Shown piece by piece: positions 46,152 through 59,503 of a DNA stretch of 64,000 bases (position 1 is its first letter; each line of letters opens with the position of its first letter). Position numbers and translations under genes: made by a program. Origin of the DNA: Saccostrea echinata. Taxonomy: Eukaryota. The DNA lies in contig NW_026889779.1 of assembly GCF_033153115.1 (NCBI RefSeq), forward strand, positions 15,438,001 through 15,502,000, given 5' to 3'. The notes beneath the pieces are model-generated. The model did no database searches. It worked only from the letters and a program-made list of their open reading frames with translations, and was not told where the DNA came from.

Positions 46152-46292
46152 NNNNNNNNNNNNNNNNNNNNNNNNNNNNNNNNNNNNNNNNNNNNNNNNN
46201 NNNNNNNNNNNNNNNNNNNNNNNNNNNNNNNNNNNNNNNNNNNNNNNNNNNNNNNNNNNNNNNNNNNNNNNNNNNNNNNNNNNNNNNNNNNN
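46152..46292. other. Assembly gap (N run)
   Basis: Run of n. Confidence 1.
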
Positions 46293-46745
46293 TGTAAAAT
46301 ATATCACACCATAATGGTTAATTTCACATAATATTGATATTGCAGCCAAAAAAATATGACTCTGCCATCAATTTGAGCTAGCATGAAAAGCCTATTCCAG
46401 CTTTTACATGGAAGCGAAGCCTCATTCCTTGGTTAATTTTATTAAGGCTAACCCCCCCTCCCCAATCTGCCATAAAAATGTCAACATGTTCATCGATTAA
46501 ATAGGCCACATAATCAATGACAGAGCATGCTCACATAACATTGTAGTATTGCACCACTACATGGCTTGTAGATATATAAAGTTTAAATATCTGCATACGT
46601 TTACGTAGAGCTGGCTCAGTCAAGTGGTTACTTCGATATTACAAAATGTCATACTTACCTGTTCTTCTTAGAGCACTATTACAGACCGATGTAAACTTCC
46701 AGAACCACTATGTACCACTGACGCCATCCAGCCAATTTTTATTTG

Positions 46746-46782
<37 letters not shown>

Positions 46783-47064
46783 CATATTTTTCATAAGTTG
46801 ATCGTTTTTTTCAACAGTTAATATGTCGTAAGTTCGGTTCCTATCAAAGCAACATAATTTCTTTTTTTTTTTTTTTAAATTCTTTTCTTATTAACATAGT
46901 AACAAGAGGCCCAAGGGTCTTAACGGTCACCTGAGTATAATACATGTACTGTAAAGGATCCATAGAAGTAAAAATAAATAAATAAATAAATAAATCAAAA
47001 CAAACAGATAGATGAAGCTATAATACCCAAAAGCAAGAGAAATGCGATGATTAGGGATCAACAA

Positions 47065-47151
47065 AATAATTGTTACATTAAAAGTTTAAATCTAAAGTTT
47101 AAACTAGATAAGTTTAAACTTTAGATTCAAACTTTTAATGTAACAATTATT
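47065..47151. mobile_element. AT-rich palindromic mini-element; related copy at about 42428-42508
   Basis: aataattgttacattaaaagtttaaatctaaagtttaaact-agata-agtttaaactttagattcaaacttttaatgtaacaattatt. Confidence 0.7.
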
Positions 47152-47238
47152 CTAACACTCAATAAGAAATCTTAAAATAGATCTATTTACTTGTCTGTGC
47201 TTGCTCCAATTTGTTACTATCACAGTATTATATACCGT

Positions 47239-48563
47239 AACAAGATGTGTTTGTGAAACACTGATGCCCCCGTATGGCAGCTTATGGCGAAGGTTAAAGT
47301 TTCTTCAAATGCAAGTCAAAATCCAGGTCAAAAGATAAAAAATGTTGATACCCAAAGAAAGGTCTTGTCTCGAGGAATACACCTGTGAAATTTGAAAGAC
47401 CTAGATACAAGTGTTCAAAAGTTATGGCCAAGGTTAAAGTTTTTTAAATAAAAGTCAAACGTCAAGGTCAAGGTCAAAGTGGTCGATATCCAAAGGAAGA
47501 TCTTGTCACAAGGATTACTTATGTGAAGTATGAAAGCCCTAGCACCAACCATTCAAAAATTATGGCCAAGGTTAAAGTTTTTCAAAAGTAGTTCAAACTC
47601 CTACGTCAAGGTCAAAGGGTCAAAGTGGTTGGTATGCAAAGAAGGTCTTGTCACAAGGATTACACATGTGAAGTATGGAAGCCCTAGCATCAACCATTCA
47701 AAAGTTATGGCCAAGGTTAAAGTTTTTCAAAAGTAGGTCAAACTCCTAGGTCAAGGTCAAAGGGTCAAAGTGGTGGTTGGTATCCAAAGGAAGGTCTTGT
47801 CACAAGGATTACATATGTGAAGTATGAAAGCCCTAGCTCCAACCATTCAAAAGTTATGGCCAAGGTTAAAGTTTTTCAAAAGTAGGTCAAACTCCTAAGT
47901 CAAGGTCAAAGGGTCAAAGTAATTGATATCCAGAGGAAGGTCTTGTCACAAGGAATACACATGTGAAGCTTGAAACCCTAAGCACCAACTGTTCAAAAGT
48001 TATGGCCAAGCTTAAAGTTTTTCAAAAGTAGGTCAAACGCCAAGGTCAAGGTCAAAAGGTCAAAGTTGTTGGTATCCAAAGGAAGGTCTTGTCACAAGGA
48101 ATACACATGTGAAGTTTGAAACCCCAAACACCAACTGTTCAGAAGTTATGGCCAAGGTTAAAGTTTTTCAAAAGTAGGTCAAACGCCAAGGTCATGGTCA
48201 AAAGGTCAAAGTTGTTGGTATCCAAAGGAAGGCCTTGTCACAAAGAATACACATGTGAAGTTTGAAACCCCAAGCACCAACTGTTCAGAAGTTATGGCCA
48301 AGGTTAAAGTTTAATAAAATTTTGCAAAAGTGGGTCAAACTCCAAGGTCAAGGTCAAATATGATAGTACCCAAAGAAAGGTCATGCCACAAGGAATACTC
48401 ATGTGAAATATGGAAGTCATAGCTCCAACCAATCAAAAGTTATGGGCAAGGTTAAAGTTGACAACAGACAGACAGACAAACGGACAAACAGATAAACAGA
48501 CAAACAGACAGACAGGACAAAAACAATATACCCCTGGGATCTTTCGATCTGGGGGCATAAAAA
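47239..48563 (-). mobile_element. HINE with a ~146-bp tandem array and a (CAGA)n microsatellite
   Basis: aacaagatgtgtttgtgaaacactgatgcccc ... cccctgggatctttcgatctgggggcataaaaa; aaagttatggccaag recurs at about 47418, 47556, 47700, 47849, 47995, 48141 and 48287. Confidence 0.85.
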
Positions 48564-49993
48564 TTCATGTACATGTGTAACTCTCTTATTCAATTGACCT
48601 TTCAATTACATTACTTACAGTGATTAATTATCATACCAAGCGAATAGAAAAGGAGAAAGACCTCTCTCATTAGAATACAAATTAATAGAGTCCTGCCCAG
48701 CACCGAATCACTTGTCAAGTGGTCCAGAATTTCAAAAATCTGATAAAAATTTAAAAATATCCGTAATTATTACAACTTCGTACTCTGTTTGCTCCTGAAT
48801 GCTCTGGAGCAGAGAAGAATGCATTTTCAATATAGATTCAACACAGTCCCACCCTAACACTAGAACTAGAAAAATTAAGACTGCTAAAGAATATCATTTA
48901 TCATATAAAGTGTGAAAATCAAATAGAAATATGATTCTTTAATTCTCAATTAAAGGTTAAATGAATAATAAGAAATACTTCTGCATTTTTCTTCATACAT
49001 GACATGTACTTGATTAATTCAACAATCCCTCAGATTAGAAACTAGAAAGAAATTTCAGTATGGCTTTACTGCTCTAATTATCAGTCTGCAGCTTTATTTG
49101 TAGCACATTAAACGTCCCTTTTCTTAATGCAGAGTATTTATTGATACACTGATTTCTATTTCTTTACATTTTTTTTCAGTACCCCCCCCCCCTTCAGATG
49201 AACATTCTTTACAATCTCCGGCCGTCAAAAGGACATATTATCGTTAAAATGACAACTTCAGGGACATATCCAGGAATCAAAGTTAGAGGGGGCAGATTTT
49301 GCAGTGCAAAAATGAAGTGTTGTAAGAGGACATCTTCACTGCATTTATTTCTTGTCGTCATGCTTATACTGGTGAAAATTAATAAAATTACGCTTATTTC
49401 AAGGTGGGATGCTAAACCAATATGGTTTCAGCACGGAAAGATTGATATTTGCTATTACTAATTTAATAAACTTTTTTTTATATTTCTTCAAAGAATATGT
49501 AAAAATTGTTTTATTTACAAATAAAATGCTTTTGAGTTCAAAACTGCTGTTGAAAATCAAGGAAAGTCAGATAGGCATTTTTTTTTTAAATTTAAATAAA
49601 AAAATATTTATTTATTTATAAAACACGTTATTTGTAAATAGTTTTTTACAGTTATACAGTTAAACATTTTTTAAAAAATACAAAAAATCATAAAAAATTA
49701 TGAAATGCTAATATCAATCTTTCCGTGTTGAAACCAAATTACAAAAAGATATGTCTTAAAGATTTATTAAATAAAATTTTGGTGTAGCATTCTTCCTTGA
49801 GGTCTCTGAAAAGTGAAAACAAAGCCCCAGAAGTTCCACCTCTCAAGAAAATAGAAAGGAAACCTTTCATTTACAATCCTTTACCTGATATTAAATCATT
49901 TCTTTTCAAAGAAGGAACCATGATTCAATCTTAGGGGGCGCACCCATTGCCCCCCCCCCCCCCCACTTCCTAAAATCAATGAACTTGAGGATT

Positions 49994-49996
<3 letters not shown>

Positions 49997-50072
<76 letters not shown>
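49997..50072. repeat. (TA)n microsatellite
   Basis: Direct observation. Confidence 1.
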
Positions 50073-50075
<3 letters not shown>

Positions 50076-50628
50076 CAATGAAAAGATTACAAAGTCATTA
50101 AAAAAACAAGGAAATGGAAAAACAGCAAGTACAAAAACTAGCACTACAACTAAATTACTAAACTTTTATAATTTATACATGTATATATTAATTTACAATT
50201 TTACATCTTAAAAACCAGGTGATATGAATTATTGTACGGTGTGTTTTGATGTAGTATATAAAATTATAAAGGTATGATTTTTCATGAAATTGAATTTAAA
50301 AAAAACAACACTGTAGCTAGTACACAATCCAGTAAAAAGTTACTTTGACATCAAATCATGCTCGACTATTCTTAAGTAAGAGCATGTCTTTCAGTTTAAT
50401 ATATGTTGAAAGTAAAGAATTGCAGGAATGCTTATAAACATTTAATTGGCTATAGGTTTTCGACATTCTCAAAGAGCATGTACTAAAAATATTTAGAATT
50501 TTGAAATTTTATATGGCTGTTTTGTGATATTACATGTATATCACATTAAATACATTCTACATTACATTGCATTCTATTTCTTATTGCATTCCTGAGGAAA
50601 ATGATGCTTATGTTCTTTTGAGTATCAT

Positions 50629-53600
50629 TCATTTGAACAGGGCATTTTCGTAAGATATTGATCCATCCTCGTTTGTTGAGATCATAGACGAGTAAAAGAA
50701 GGAATCATTCGGACTGGACACCTGTCAAAATAAAGCAAACACGAAGCATCACAATAAGAAAACAACAAGTATTCGTGATGTAAAGTTGCTTTTGATACTT
50801 CATCTATTTTTAAAGATTAAAAAATGGGCATTGATACCCTGTATTACTAAAACTTTGCTATAGTAAAGGAAAAAAAACAGTATTATTAAAACCTTAATAG
50901 TACACAAAAATATGACGTTACTAACAGCTCAATTTATAATAAAAGAAAATACTGCTAAAACCTGAATTCAGATTAAAAAATGTATGAGAAAAAGAGTTAT
51001 TAAAATTTTGATTTATAGTTTTAAATAATAAAAAAAGTGACAACATTACTAAAACGTTAATTTCTATTTGAAAAATATAACAATATAACTTTATCCTTCA
51101 ATATTATATTTTTTAGGGGAAAAAAATGACAATATTGCTAAAACCCGAATTTCTAAAATGTGGTTTATTTACATCAAATTTCGGTTTTAAACAATATCAA
51201 ATACTTAATACCTGTAATTCTCTAACAATCTGATTGATAGCTGCCAGTAAATATTCACACTGACATGTTTCTATAACAGTAGTTTCCAGTTCTTCATTTG
51301 GATTTAAATATAGTAGAATAATTCTGGACAGTTTATTATGGATTAACCATTTTTTCAGACGTTTCCATTCCAGCACTGCTTGGCATTTATCTGAAAAGAA
51401 CAAATATTTAGATGTTTCATTTCAAGACTTGAACAGTTCCTTTTCACAATTCTGTTCAACTTAAGCTGATCCCCATTTTTGACCATTCATCCCAAAAATG
51501 ACTTGGGTGTCTGGATAAGATGAGTTTAGCAGGAATATATATTCCGGTACAGTAAGTCAGGAAGATTATGAGTTCCTGTCATTCACTGACCAGGGCCCTG
51601 TGTTTTACAAAAGAACTTAAGACTAAGACCAAAATTTTAATTTTTTGCAATTTACTTTCTTCTTACATTAATTTAAAAATGTCATTTATCATTTTTCACA
51701 AGAGTTTAAAAGATATTTTTATGCACGTAATTCTGAACAGAATTATTATTTTTGCAAGATTTTAAATTAAGCTACAGTTTTTTTGGTCTTCGTCTTAATT
51801 TCATTTGTAAAACAGGACCCTGGGACGTTCTATTCTACTTCACACTCTCATACAAAGACTTCTTCCACTTTCATTCATGCTACCTTTGTGTATTCTTATA
51901 CCATCCAGTGAAACTCTAATGGCACCTTTATTGAAGACCTGTGTAAAAAATATAGAGATCGTGAAAACAGTTTTTAAGGAGTTGGGTACTTCTATACATT
52001 GTGGAGACATCATGGTATTGGGAACAACTTCAAAGACAGTTATGGTCAATTTACAATGCAGTATTTTTATCAATTTTCAGAAATATTGGATGTACATGTA
52101 TTATTGAAAATAAAATTGTCCTGCCAATTTTATTTAAAGAATGCAAGTTAGTGTTTAAAATTGATTTATTTCAAATATTATTATATACAAGTATATTACC
52201 TGAGGAGAATTTCCGTTCTTTTCGTTATCTGTTATCTTACAATCTCTAATTAAAACAGAAAAGTAGTCTTCCAAAGTGTGAGCAAGAAGGACATATTTTT
52301 CTTTTAATGTAAAACCGGGATCTTCATACTCTGAAAAGCGAAGCGAATTTTCTGGTTTCAACACAACTGGTAAAAAGAAAACTGCTACTCAGTCTCTTAT
52401 TATTAAAAAAATTCTTGCGTGTACACATTCCATCTTTAGCAAAAATAAAATGCCTATAAGTATTTTTCAGACATGTCAACTCTTCATTTGAATTTTACAA
52501 AAAGGAGTCAGATGGCAAATACATTTAACCACGTAAGGTTTCATCCAAGTTAGAAATAGACATGTGTCAAGGCGTATCATATAATAACCAAAGGATTCAT
52601 AAGCCTTGAGCAATAGAGTAACTACACCGTCATTGTGGCATAGCTGAGCCCCAAGAACCATGACACACCACGAATGCTAGGAACTGATATTCGTCAGTTT
52701 ATAGCCTCCCTCTGAGTAAACAACACAATAGACATATGATTGATTATATGTTGTTTTAAGTCCCATTCGAGAATTTTTCACTTATATAGAAACGTCATCA
52801 TATACCGTAGAAAGGCTTCTTTAGATTTTACTTGGCATTCAGGGTCATTTAGCAGTGAGGGATCTTTATCGTGCCAACGCCTGCCGTGACAAGGGGGCCT
52901 TAGTTTTTTAAGGTCTCATCTGAAAGATCTGCAACCTTCACTGCAAAGTGTCGAGCGCTTGACCAAAAGACATTTGAAATGAAATTAACAAAGGAATGTT
53001 CCCTATATGTATGTAAACCATTAATCCTTCATTATAATGTATACCCCTGCCATACTTGCAAGTCAATATCTTGAATTATAAATTTGACTTTGTAAGAACA
53101 ATTGCTTTGTAAGATCCAAAGCAATTAAGCCTGTTAGTGAGCATCCCTAACTGCATCATCCATGCAAGTATTGTAAACATAAGGCTTATAGTTGCTTGGG
53201 AATGGACTAACTCCTTAAACTTTAACCTGTTCAATCATATGGAAAGTGTAGGTGAAATCCAGCATCCGAAGCATATCTGATACGTGTATCCCTACATGCA
53301 TCATCCATGCAAGTTTGGTCTCCATAGGATTAATAATTACATATAATTGGGAATAGACTTGTTCTAAAACTGAAAAAAACTCACAAAATAGCAGAGTTAA
53401 TGGTATCCTGGGAAAGTTTAAACGTTTGACCAGTGAGATGAGGGTCTTAATGGAGTTAAAGATTAAAACAATAAAAGTCTTAAATCATTAAGAATTCAGC
53501 ATAGGAAAGCATAAAAATAAACTGCTGTTTATTTTAAACGTTTGCACTTAAACATTACTAACCTTAACCATTACTGCATGTAACTTTAGACGCCGAAACC

Positions 53601-56600
53601 AACGCCGGGGGAATAGCATAAGCGTATAAGCTCATTTCGACCTAGTCGAGGTGAGCTAAAACAATTTTTTATTTGAAACTTTGCCTCCTTTTGTGGTTTT
53701 TGTGGTTTTACCCTTGTTGTATAAAACACTTATTTCAGGGTATCTTCTTCAAAATTTGTGGATATTTTTCTCGTGAGTTTGCTTCATGTTTCTTATGATA
53801 AAGAAAAAATAAATTGTTGAGAAGAATTAGAGCAAAGAAATGATATTTAGCATGCATGTAAGAATATATCTATGATATCGATTTACATTTTCTTTAATGG
53901 GTTTAATGGAACTTTTAGTAGGCCTACAATCGTGTCACTTCGAACAGTCAACCAGTGACGCATGCAGTATACATTTCTTAGAGTAGGTGTTAGCATTGAA
54001 AGAATAAGAAGCTGGACGAACAAGCCAAGAAAAATGCCTCTTGTTCATTGTTTGTTTAACGTCTGTTTCGAGAATTTTTTACTCATATTGAGACGCCACC
54101 ACTTGCCGGTGGAGGGCTGCAAATTTTGGACCTATACTCGGCACTCGGGGCCATTGAGCAGTGAGGAATCTTTTTCGTGCCAGCACGTACTGCGACACAG
54201 CATCTCGGTTTATACAATCTCCACGTCCTGCAGTGTGATAAGAACCCGCGGCGTAAGGATCAACACCTTACTCCGCGACTTTAGAGCAAACGCTCTAACC
54301 ACTGCGCCATGCGGGCGATAAAAACCCTATTGTTCGACAAATAAGAAAGTGAAAAATTAAATCTCAAATATAACAGAATTTTCTTCAGTATTTCACTTCA
54401 CATTAATTTATAATTTATGTAAATCTCCAAAATTTCACACGATCTCACAAGTGTCAAAATTATTCGTCTACCTGTAATGAGCTGTGCAGTGCAGTTTAGT
54501 GGATCCGGGTGATTTTATCGCTTGGGTTAAAAAAAAAAAAAAACAAAAACAGAACAAAATATACCTTACAATAATTTTTGCCGAAAAAATTTTCTGCAGC
54601 AAAGTTTGTCATAATTTTAATGTCTTTCAATTAATAAAACTTTGCTCTAAATACTTAGTTTACAAATTCAATTGATTTTTATACATTTGAAGCTATAGGC
54701 ATTTTGCACGCCTTTTTCGCCCATCTTCTTTACAAATAGGCCTCATTTCATTAGGTTCATATCATATCTTGTTGGTTAAGATTTAAGAACCTTTTAAAAT
54801 ATGCAGTCTAATCTACAAAGTTGTAAAATTGGCCTTTTGTAGAAAGTATCTGAAATATTACCTTCTAATTTTTCCAGCTGTTCCTGGCTTACTGTCATTT
54901 CTCCTATATTGGTGTAAAAGATACAATTAAAGACACCATGTTTGAAAAACAATCCTTTAATGGAAAGGACATATTCAAAATAATGTTCACATTAAGTTTT
55001 TTTTTACCCTGTAGTACCGTCTTAATTCTTGTATTCTAGGTTTTCAATGTATCGATATAATTTTCGTATATATCAATACATTCTTCCGGGTAATTATTCT
55101 TTTAAAAATGCATGTTTATTGATTTTACTTCTCATCATTTCAGATTATTAATTTCAACAATACACATGTACTTACCACTAGAAATTGCCGATTTTGCTTC
55201 TAAGTACACCAAATGACATGCAACTGGGTCATCTTTAATCAGCTGAGTTTCTATCTCTTTATTAAAGCACCATTTTCTGAGGCAAAGTTCTGTGAAAAAG
55301 TGGAAATCTGTTTATTTTTTTTTAAATCAATGTTTTAAGTGATTATATTACCAAGTCTTATGTCATCTGTTAAAATCTTAATAAAAAATCAACAACGATC
55401 AATGCTAATCAATTCGCTTTAAAAAAAAAAAAGAAAGTTGTTTCGTTGTCCCCGTCTTTACAACATACAGAGCTGAATACATATGAACCTCGATTGAATA
55501 CAATATTATAAACTTGTTTTCTTGATTTTAAAAGATTTCCCCTTCAAAAACCCCCAAAGTAAAACACCAAAAACCTATTAAGACGCTGTCTTCATCCAAT
55601 GATTTGCATCAGAATGATGGCGTATTACTGAGTATTTGGAATAATTTGGTTAATAGTTTACGATTTTTAATAAAGAATGTGATTTTATCAAAGTTTCTCT
55701 ACAACATAGATGAAATTTTGGACTCCTAAACAAACTCAGTTCTATAGGATGTTTCATATTAATTTATTTAACAAAACATAGACACTTCCCTTTCCGATTT
55801 CTGGTAATTTCGGGGAGACACCCCCCCCCCCCTTGAGTGATTTTGAGGACTTAGGAAAGCAGATTGATAAAAAAATATGAATTAGTCCTCTATATGTGTC
55901 TCATTTTGAACAATATATCGGTACTCGGTAGCGGCACTGGTTTGGTGTTTAAAAGGAACGTAATATTGGGGCGTAGAGGGCTTGTCCCCTTTTTTTCAAC
56001 ATAGCCTTTTTCACTGAAAAGACGACCCCCCCCCCTTTTGTTCCAGTACAGTCAAATCGTCCCGTGGCCCATGGTAATGTATTCATTAAATGTGTTTGTG
56101 GAAAAGCTTTGTTTTAAACCTACGGTAACCCCCCACCCCCACCACCACCACCACAATAGGATTTTCGACTTTTGGACAATTTACCCTTTTTGGGCTTGTC
56201 AAAGATTTTTCAATTGTCATTTTTCCCTCCCCCACCCCCCACCCCCTTTCGCTTTCAAAAACGATAATATGTATCTGATTCAACATTACCAGTTGTTGTT
56301 GACGATATGCGGGACTCTGGTTTTAATCTTTTGATAGGTGCGTTCTTTCCACAAAATAAGGAAAACCAAATCAAACTCGTCTTCTGTAAACCTGTAAATT
56401 ATAAAGCTACACCAGGTGCGTTACTTACAGTTTATTAATGTTCTTAATTTCTACATAAATATGTAACGTATACAAATTGAAATTGTTATGCAATNNNNNN
56501 NNNNNNNNNNNNNNNNNNNNNNNNNNNNNNNNNNNNNNNNNNNNNNNNNNNNNNNNNNNNNNNNNNNNNNNNNNNNNNNNNNNNNNNNNNNNNNNNNNNN

Positions 56601-59503
56601 NNNNNNNNNNNNNNNNNNNNNNNNNNNNNTACATATTCTGTCATGACGTAGATCTACCTGAAATGCTGATTAGATAGCGATCGTAACAAGTCTGATATAG
56701 AAGTAATGTCAGGTTAGGGTATTCAATCACAGGCACTTGACGTTATATATTTTTCTTATTAAAAAAAATATAAGCCCGGCCATACATAATAATTAAATCA
56801 CTGTGTTTTTTTAGGTTTGGGATTATATCTACATGTATATATTTTTTTTCAATAAGAAAAATATGTATCGTAATACATAAAATATGTCAAGTGCCTGTGT
56901 ATTCAATGTATTATGGCTTTATAACAATTTTCACAAGACAGTTAACTAAGTATCATTTTCAGGACTAGATGATAAAAACTTTCGACTCAAACTCATCAAA
57001 TCTGCAACAAACTAATAGGAGTGATAAGAATTTTGCTATTGTGTAAAACAATTAAAAAGATTTTTTTTTTTCAAAATCTATTGATAACAGGGAGAATAAA
57101 AAAAATCATTATATCAGTTAAATCTATGAAGACAAATATAGGTCATCTTGCAAAATATTTAGCAATTTAACCCCCCCCCCATTTTTCAAGAAGGGTATAG
57201 AACAATTAATTACTAGTTATAACCATTAATAGTTGCTGATAATGAAAAACAAAACCTGTCAAAGCGCAGGAGAAATCCGATGTATAAACCATACGGGTTA
57301 AGACTTTTTCTCTCCCAAGCCCCTTCTTAAACCAAACGTCATATTTTTGAAGTTAGTATGTTTGCAGACATTTTTTATTATTAAGGACATACGCAACGTA
57401 GTTTGAACTTTATTGCCTTTTTTCCCTGAAGTTGAAGAGTTCTAATACTTAAAGGAATTGTGTGCTACATTTGTATGTCTATATATATTGTTGTACACTT
57501 CTTCTAAAACAATTTGGATAAACAAAACATCTAGAATATGTGTTTAGTAATTTTTGTGTATTTTTCTTTGAATTATACAAGAATTTTCATCAACTGATAT
57601 CTTTTCAAAACCCCTGGTAATGCATGCTGATTTTTTGTCGATGAACATCTGATGGCACTATAATCTTAAATTGAAAATATCTTGAAAAATTATCAGTAGG
57701 TAAGGTACGTTGCGTATGTCCTTAAGTATTAAAATACCAAACTGTTTGTTCTAACCAAATTATCTATAAATTTAGAGTAAAATATAAAACAGTATATCGT
57801 AAGTATCGTATTGTAACAGTATCAGTATCGTAAGAGCGGTCTAGCTGTGAAAAGTATGTACACTCTCTGTTTACCTAATATGAAATTTTAATCCATTTAC
57901 TCAAAGAAATCAAACAAAGGTTAATAAAGATTAGGGTATGATTCGATACAAACCACAATGTGCATGCTATTGGATTTAAATGATTGATCGTGTCGATAAA
58001 TTAGCTAGTTTAAAAGCGTTACCCAAAGAGAGACAGACTTTGGTGTGAATGTCAGTCACAGACATCTCATTTTCTCCCACAACTGGCACTGTAACCTATA
58101 GAAATACAACTAGCACTTTTAAAACCTATAAAAATACACGCCAAGGATGTGTAAACCTTTCTTTTTCTTTCTCATTTTCATTGATGGATATCAATATAAT
58201 ATCACAAGTATAGTAAAGAAGTAAAGTATAATAAGGAAGTCTTCTAACGGCACAAAATTTGATATACATGTATATGTATATATGTTTGTCAAGGCCAAAT
58301 AACTCAGAAATATATATATATAAGAGCACCTGTTTAAAGTTTATAGGGCCTATAAAGGTGGAAAATGTCCCCCTTCGTGTATATTTTTGAAGTACGTGAA
58401 AATTTTCTACAAGCTCCGTAAATCAATAAACAAATATATCCATTTTACTTTGCTAAAATAATTTAACGTTACAGTCTGAAAATATGAACAATTTTAAAAT
58501 ACATTGGTAAATAATAAATATTACGTTTTACGTAGATATGAAGCCCGCGTGGCGCAGTGGTTAGAGCGTTCGCTCTAAAGTCGCGGACACAGGTACTTGT
58601 GGACAGGACCCCCCCCCCCCCCTCCCCCAGCAATTCAACCCCGAGGTTTGTTGGACACTTGTATGCCACTCCGGTTTGTTTACGTTATACCCCCACTAGT
58701 CTTTCTGGGTTTAAAAACATGTATTTATTTTATTTTAACCTAAAATGTCGGTTAACACTGTCTCTACATATATTTCTGACTTAGTTCATGTTATCGGATT
58801 GACTCTGCATCTCGTAAGAATCCCACAATTAATCCTTAAACAGCATTGTAGTCAGCGCGTTGAAAATTCCTTAGGTAAACGCAACGGAAGTACACCAAGA
58901 ATGTATCACTTATTACGATAACGTCCGAGAGAGTTTTGGCCTGACGTAATAATATAGTGGGGTATTCTTGTGTGGAACGATTATTTTGGGGTTTTTACGA
59001 TTTTTTCGTATGGTACACATGATGAATAAGTGTAATAAATATAATTTGTGGAAAAAATGTCCAACAAACCTCGGGGTTGAATTGCTGGGGGGGGGGGGGG
59101 GGAGTCCTGTCCACAAGTACCTGTGGTCGCGGAGTAAGGAGTTGATCCTTACGTAGCGGGTTCGAATCTCACTGTGGGATGTGGAGACCTTTCTTTCGGA
59201 TGAGACCGTATAAACCGAGGTCCCGTGTCGCAGTAGGTGCTGGCACGTAAAAGATCCCTCATTGCTCAATGACCCTAAGTGCCGAGTAAAGGTCAAAATT
59301 TGCAGCTCTCCACCGACAAGTGGCGGCGTCTCCATAATGAGTGAAAATTTTTCGAGAGGGACGTTAAACAATAAACAAACAAACGAACAAACGTAGATAT
59401 AAAAATATTGCGTATTTGCCTCGGATCATACCTGAACTTCCTTTCCATCAACTGTAATCACTTTCACTTTAATTAAGTGTTGTAATTCCACATCTTTGCT
59501 CAT
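50629..59503 (-). CDS. 286-aa protein consisting of an SNX17/SNX27/SNX31-type FERM-like domain without a PX domain
   Basis: Nine phase-compatible exons totalling 861 nt: 59503-59432, 58095-58023, 56391-56290, 55289-55176, 54903-54862, 52330-52200, 51938-51884, 51390-51212 and 50721-50629. Motifs: IKVKVITVDGKEVQV (ubiquitin/RA-like start), WFSLF, LCLRKWCF..E..LI.DD..A..L.Y.EA...I..G, LEWKRLKKW, IETCQCEYLLAAINQIVREL. Confidence 0.8.
51590..51823. mobile_element. MITE with ~40-bp TIRs
   Basis: CCAGGGCCCTGTGTTTTACAAAAGAACTTAAGACTAAGACC ... GGTCTTCGTCTTAATTTCATTTGTAAAACAGGACCCTGG. Confidence 0.7.
52735..52960 (-). mobile_element. Meta-type SINE copy (old, truncated)
   Basis: gttgttttaagtcccattcgagaattttt...agcagtgagggatcttt.tcgtgcca...ggtctcatctgaa. 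Confidence 0.6.
54045..54318 (-). mobile_element. Meta-type SINE copy
   Basis: Homologous to 31090-31379; ends ctctaaccactgcgccatgcgggc. Confidence 0.8.
56494..56629. other. Assembly gap (N run)
   Basis: Run of n inside intron 2 of the FERM-like gene. Confidence 1.
56728..56899. mobile_element. 172-bp MITE with CACAGG termini and an 8-bp TSD (P- or hAT-like)
   Basis: TIR CACAGGCACTTGAC / GTCAAGTGCCTGTG; TATTCAAT duplicated at 56720-56727 and 56900-56907. Confidence 0.85.
57385..57721. mobile_element. Kolobok-type MITE with a TTAA TSD
   Basis: TTAA-GGACATACGCAACGTA ... TACGTTGCGTATGTCC-TTAA. Confidence 0.8.
58543..59392 (+). mobile_element. Meta-type SINE split by a MITE
   Basis: A-box half at 58543-58587; B box, Meta domain and (AAAC)n tail at 59126-59392. 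Confidence 0.85.
58588..59125. mobile_element. 538-bp MITE with ~70-bp TIRs, CACAGG termini and an 8-bp TSD
   Basis: CACAGGTACTTGTGGACAGGAC(C)n..CAGCAATTCAACCCCGAGGTTTGTTGGACA and its reverse complement; GTCGCGGA duplicated at 58580-58587 and 59126-59133. Confidence 0.9.

Noticed and set aside
58913-59371. 152-aa ORF, and similar ORFs at 31137-31358 and 53962-54321
   Set aside because: Antisense reading of SINE/MITE sequence; the similarity between them reflects the repeat family.
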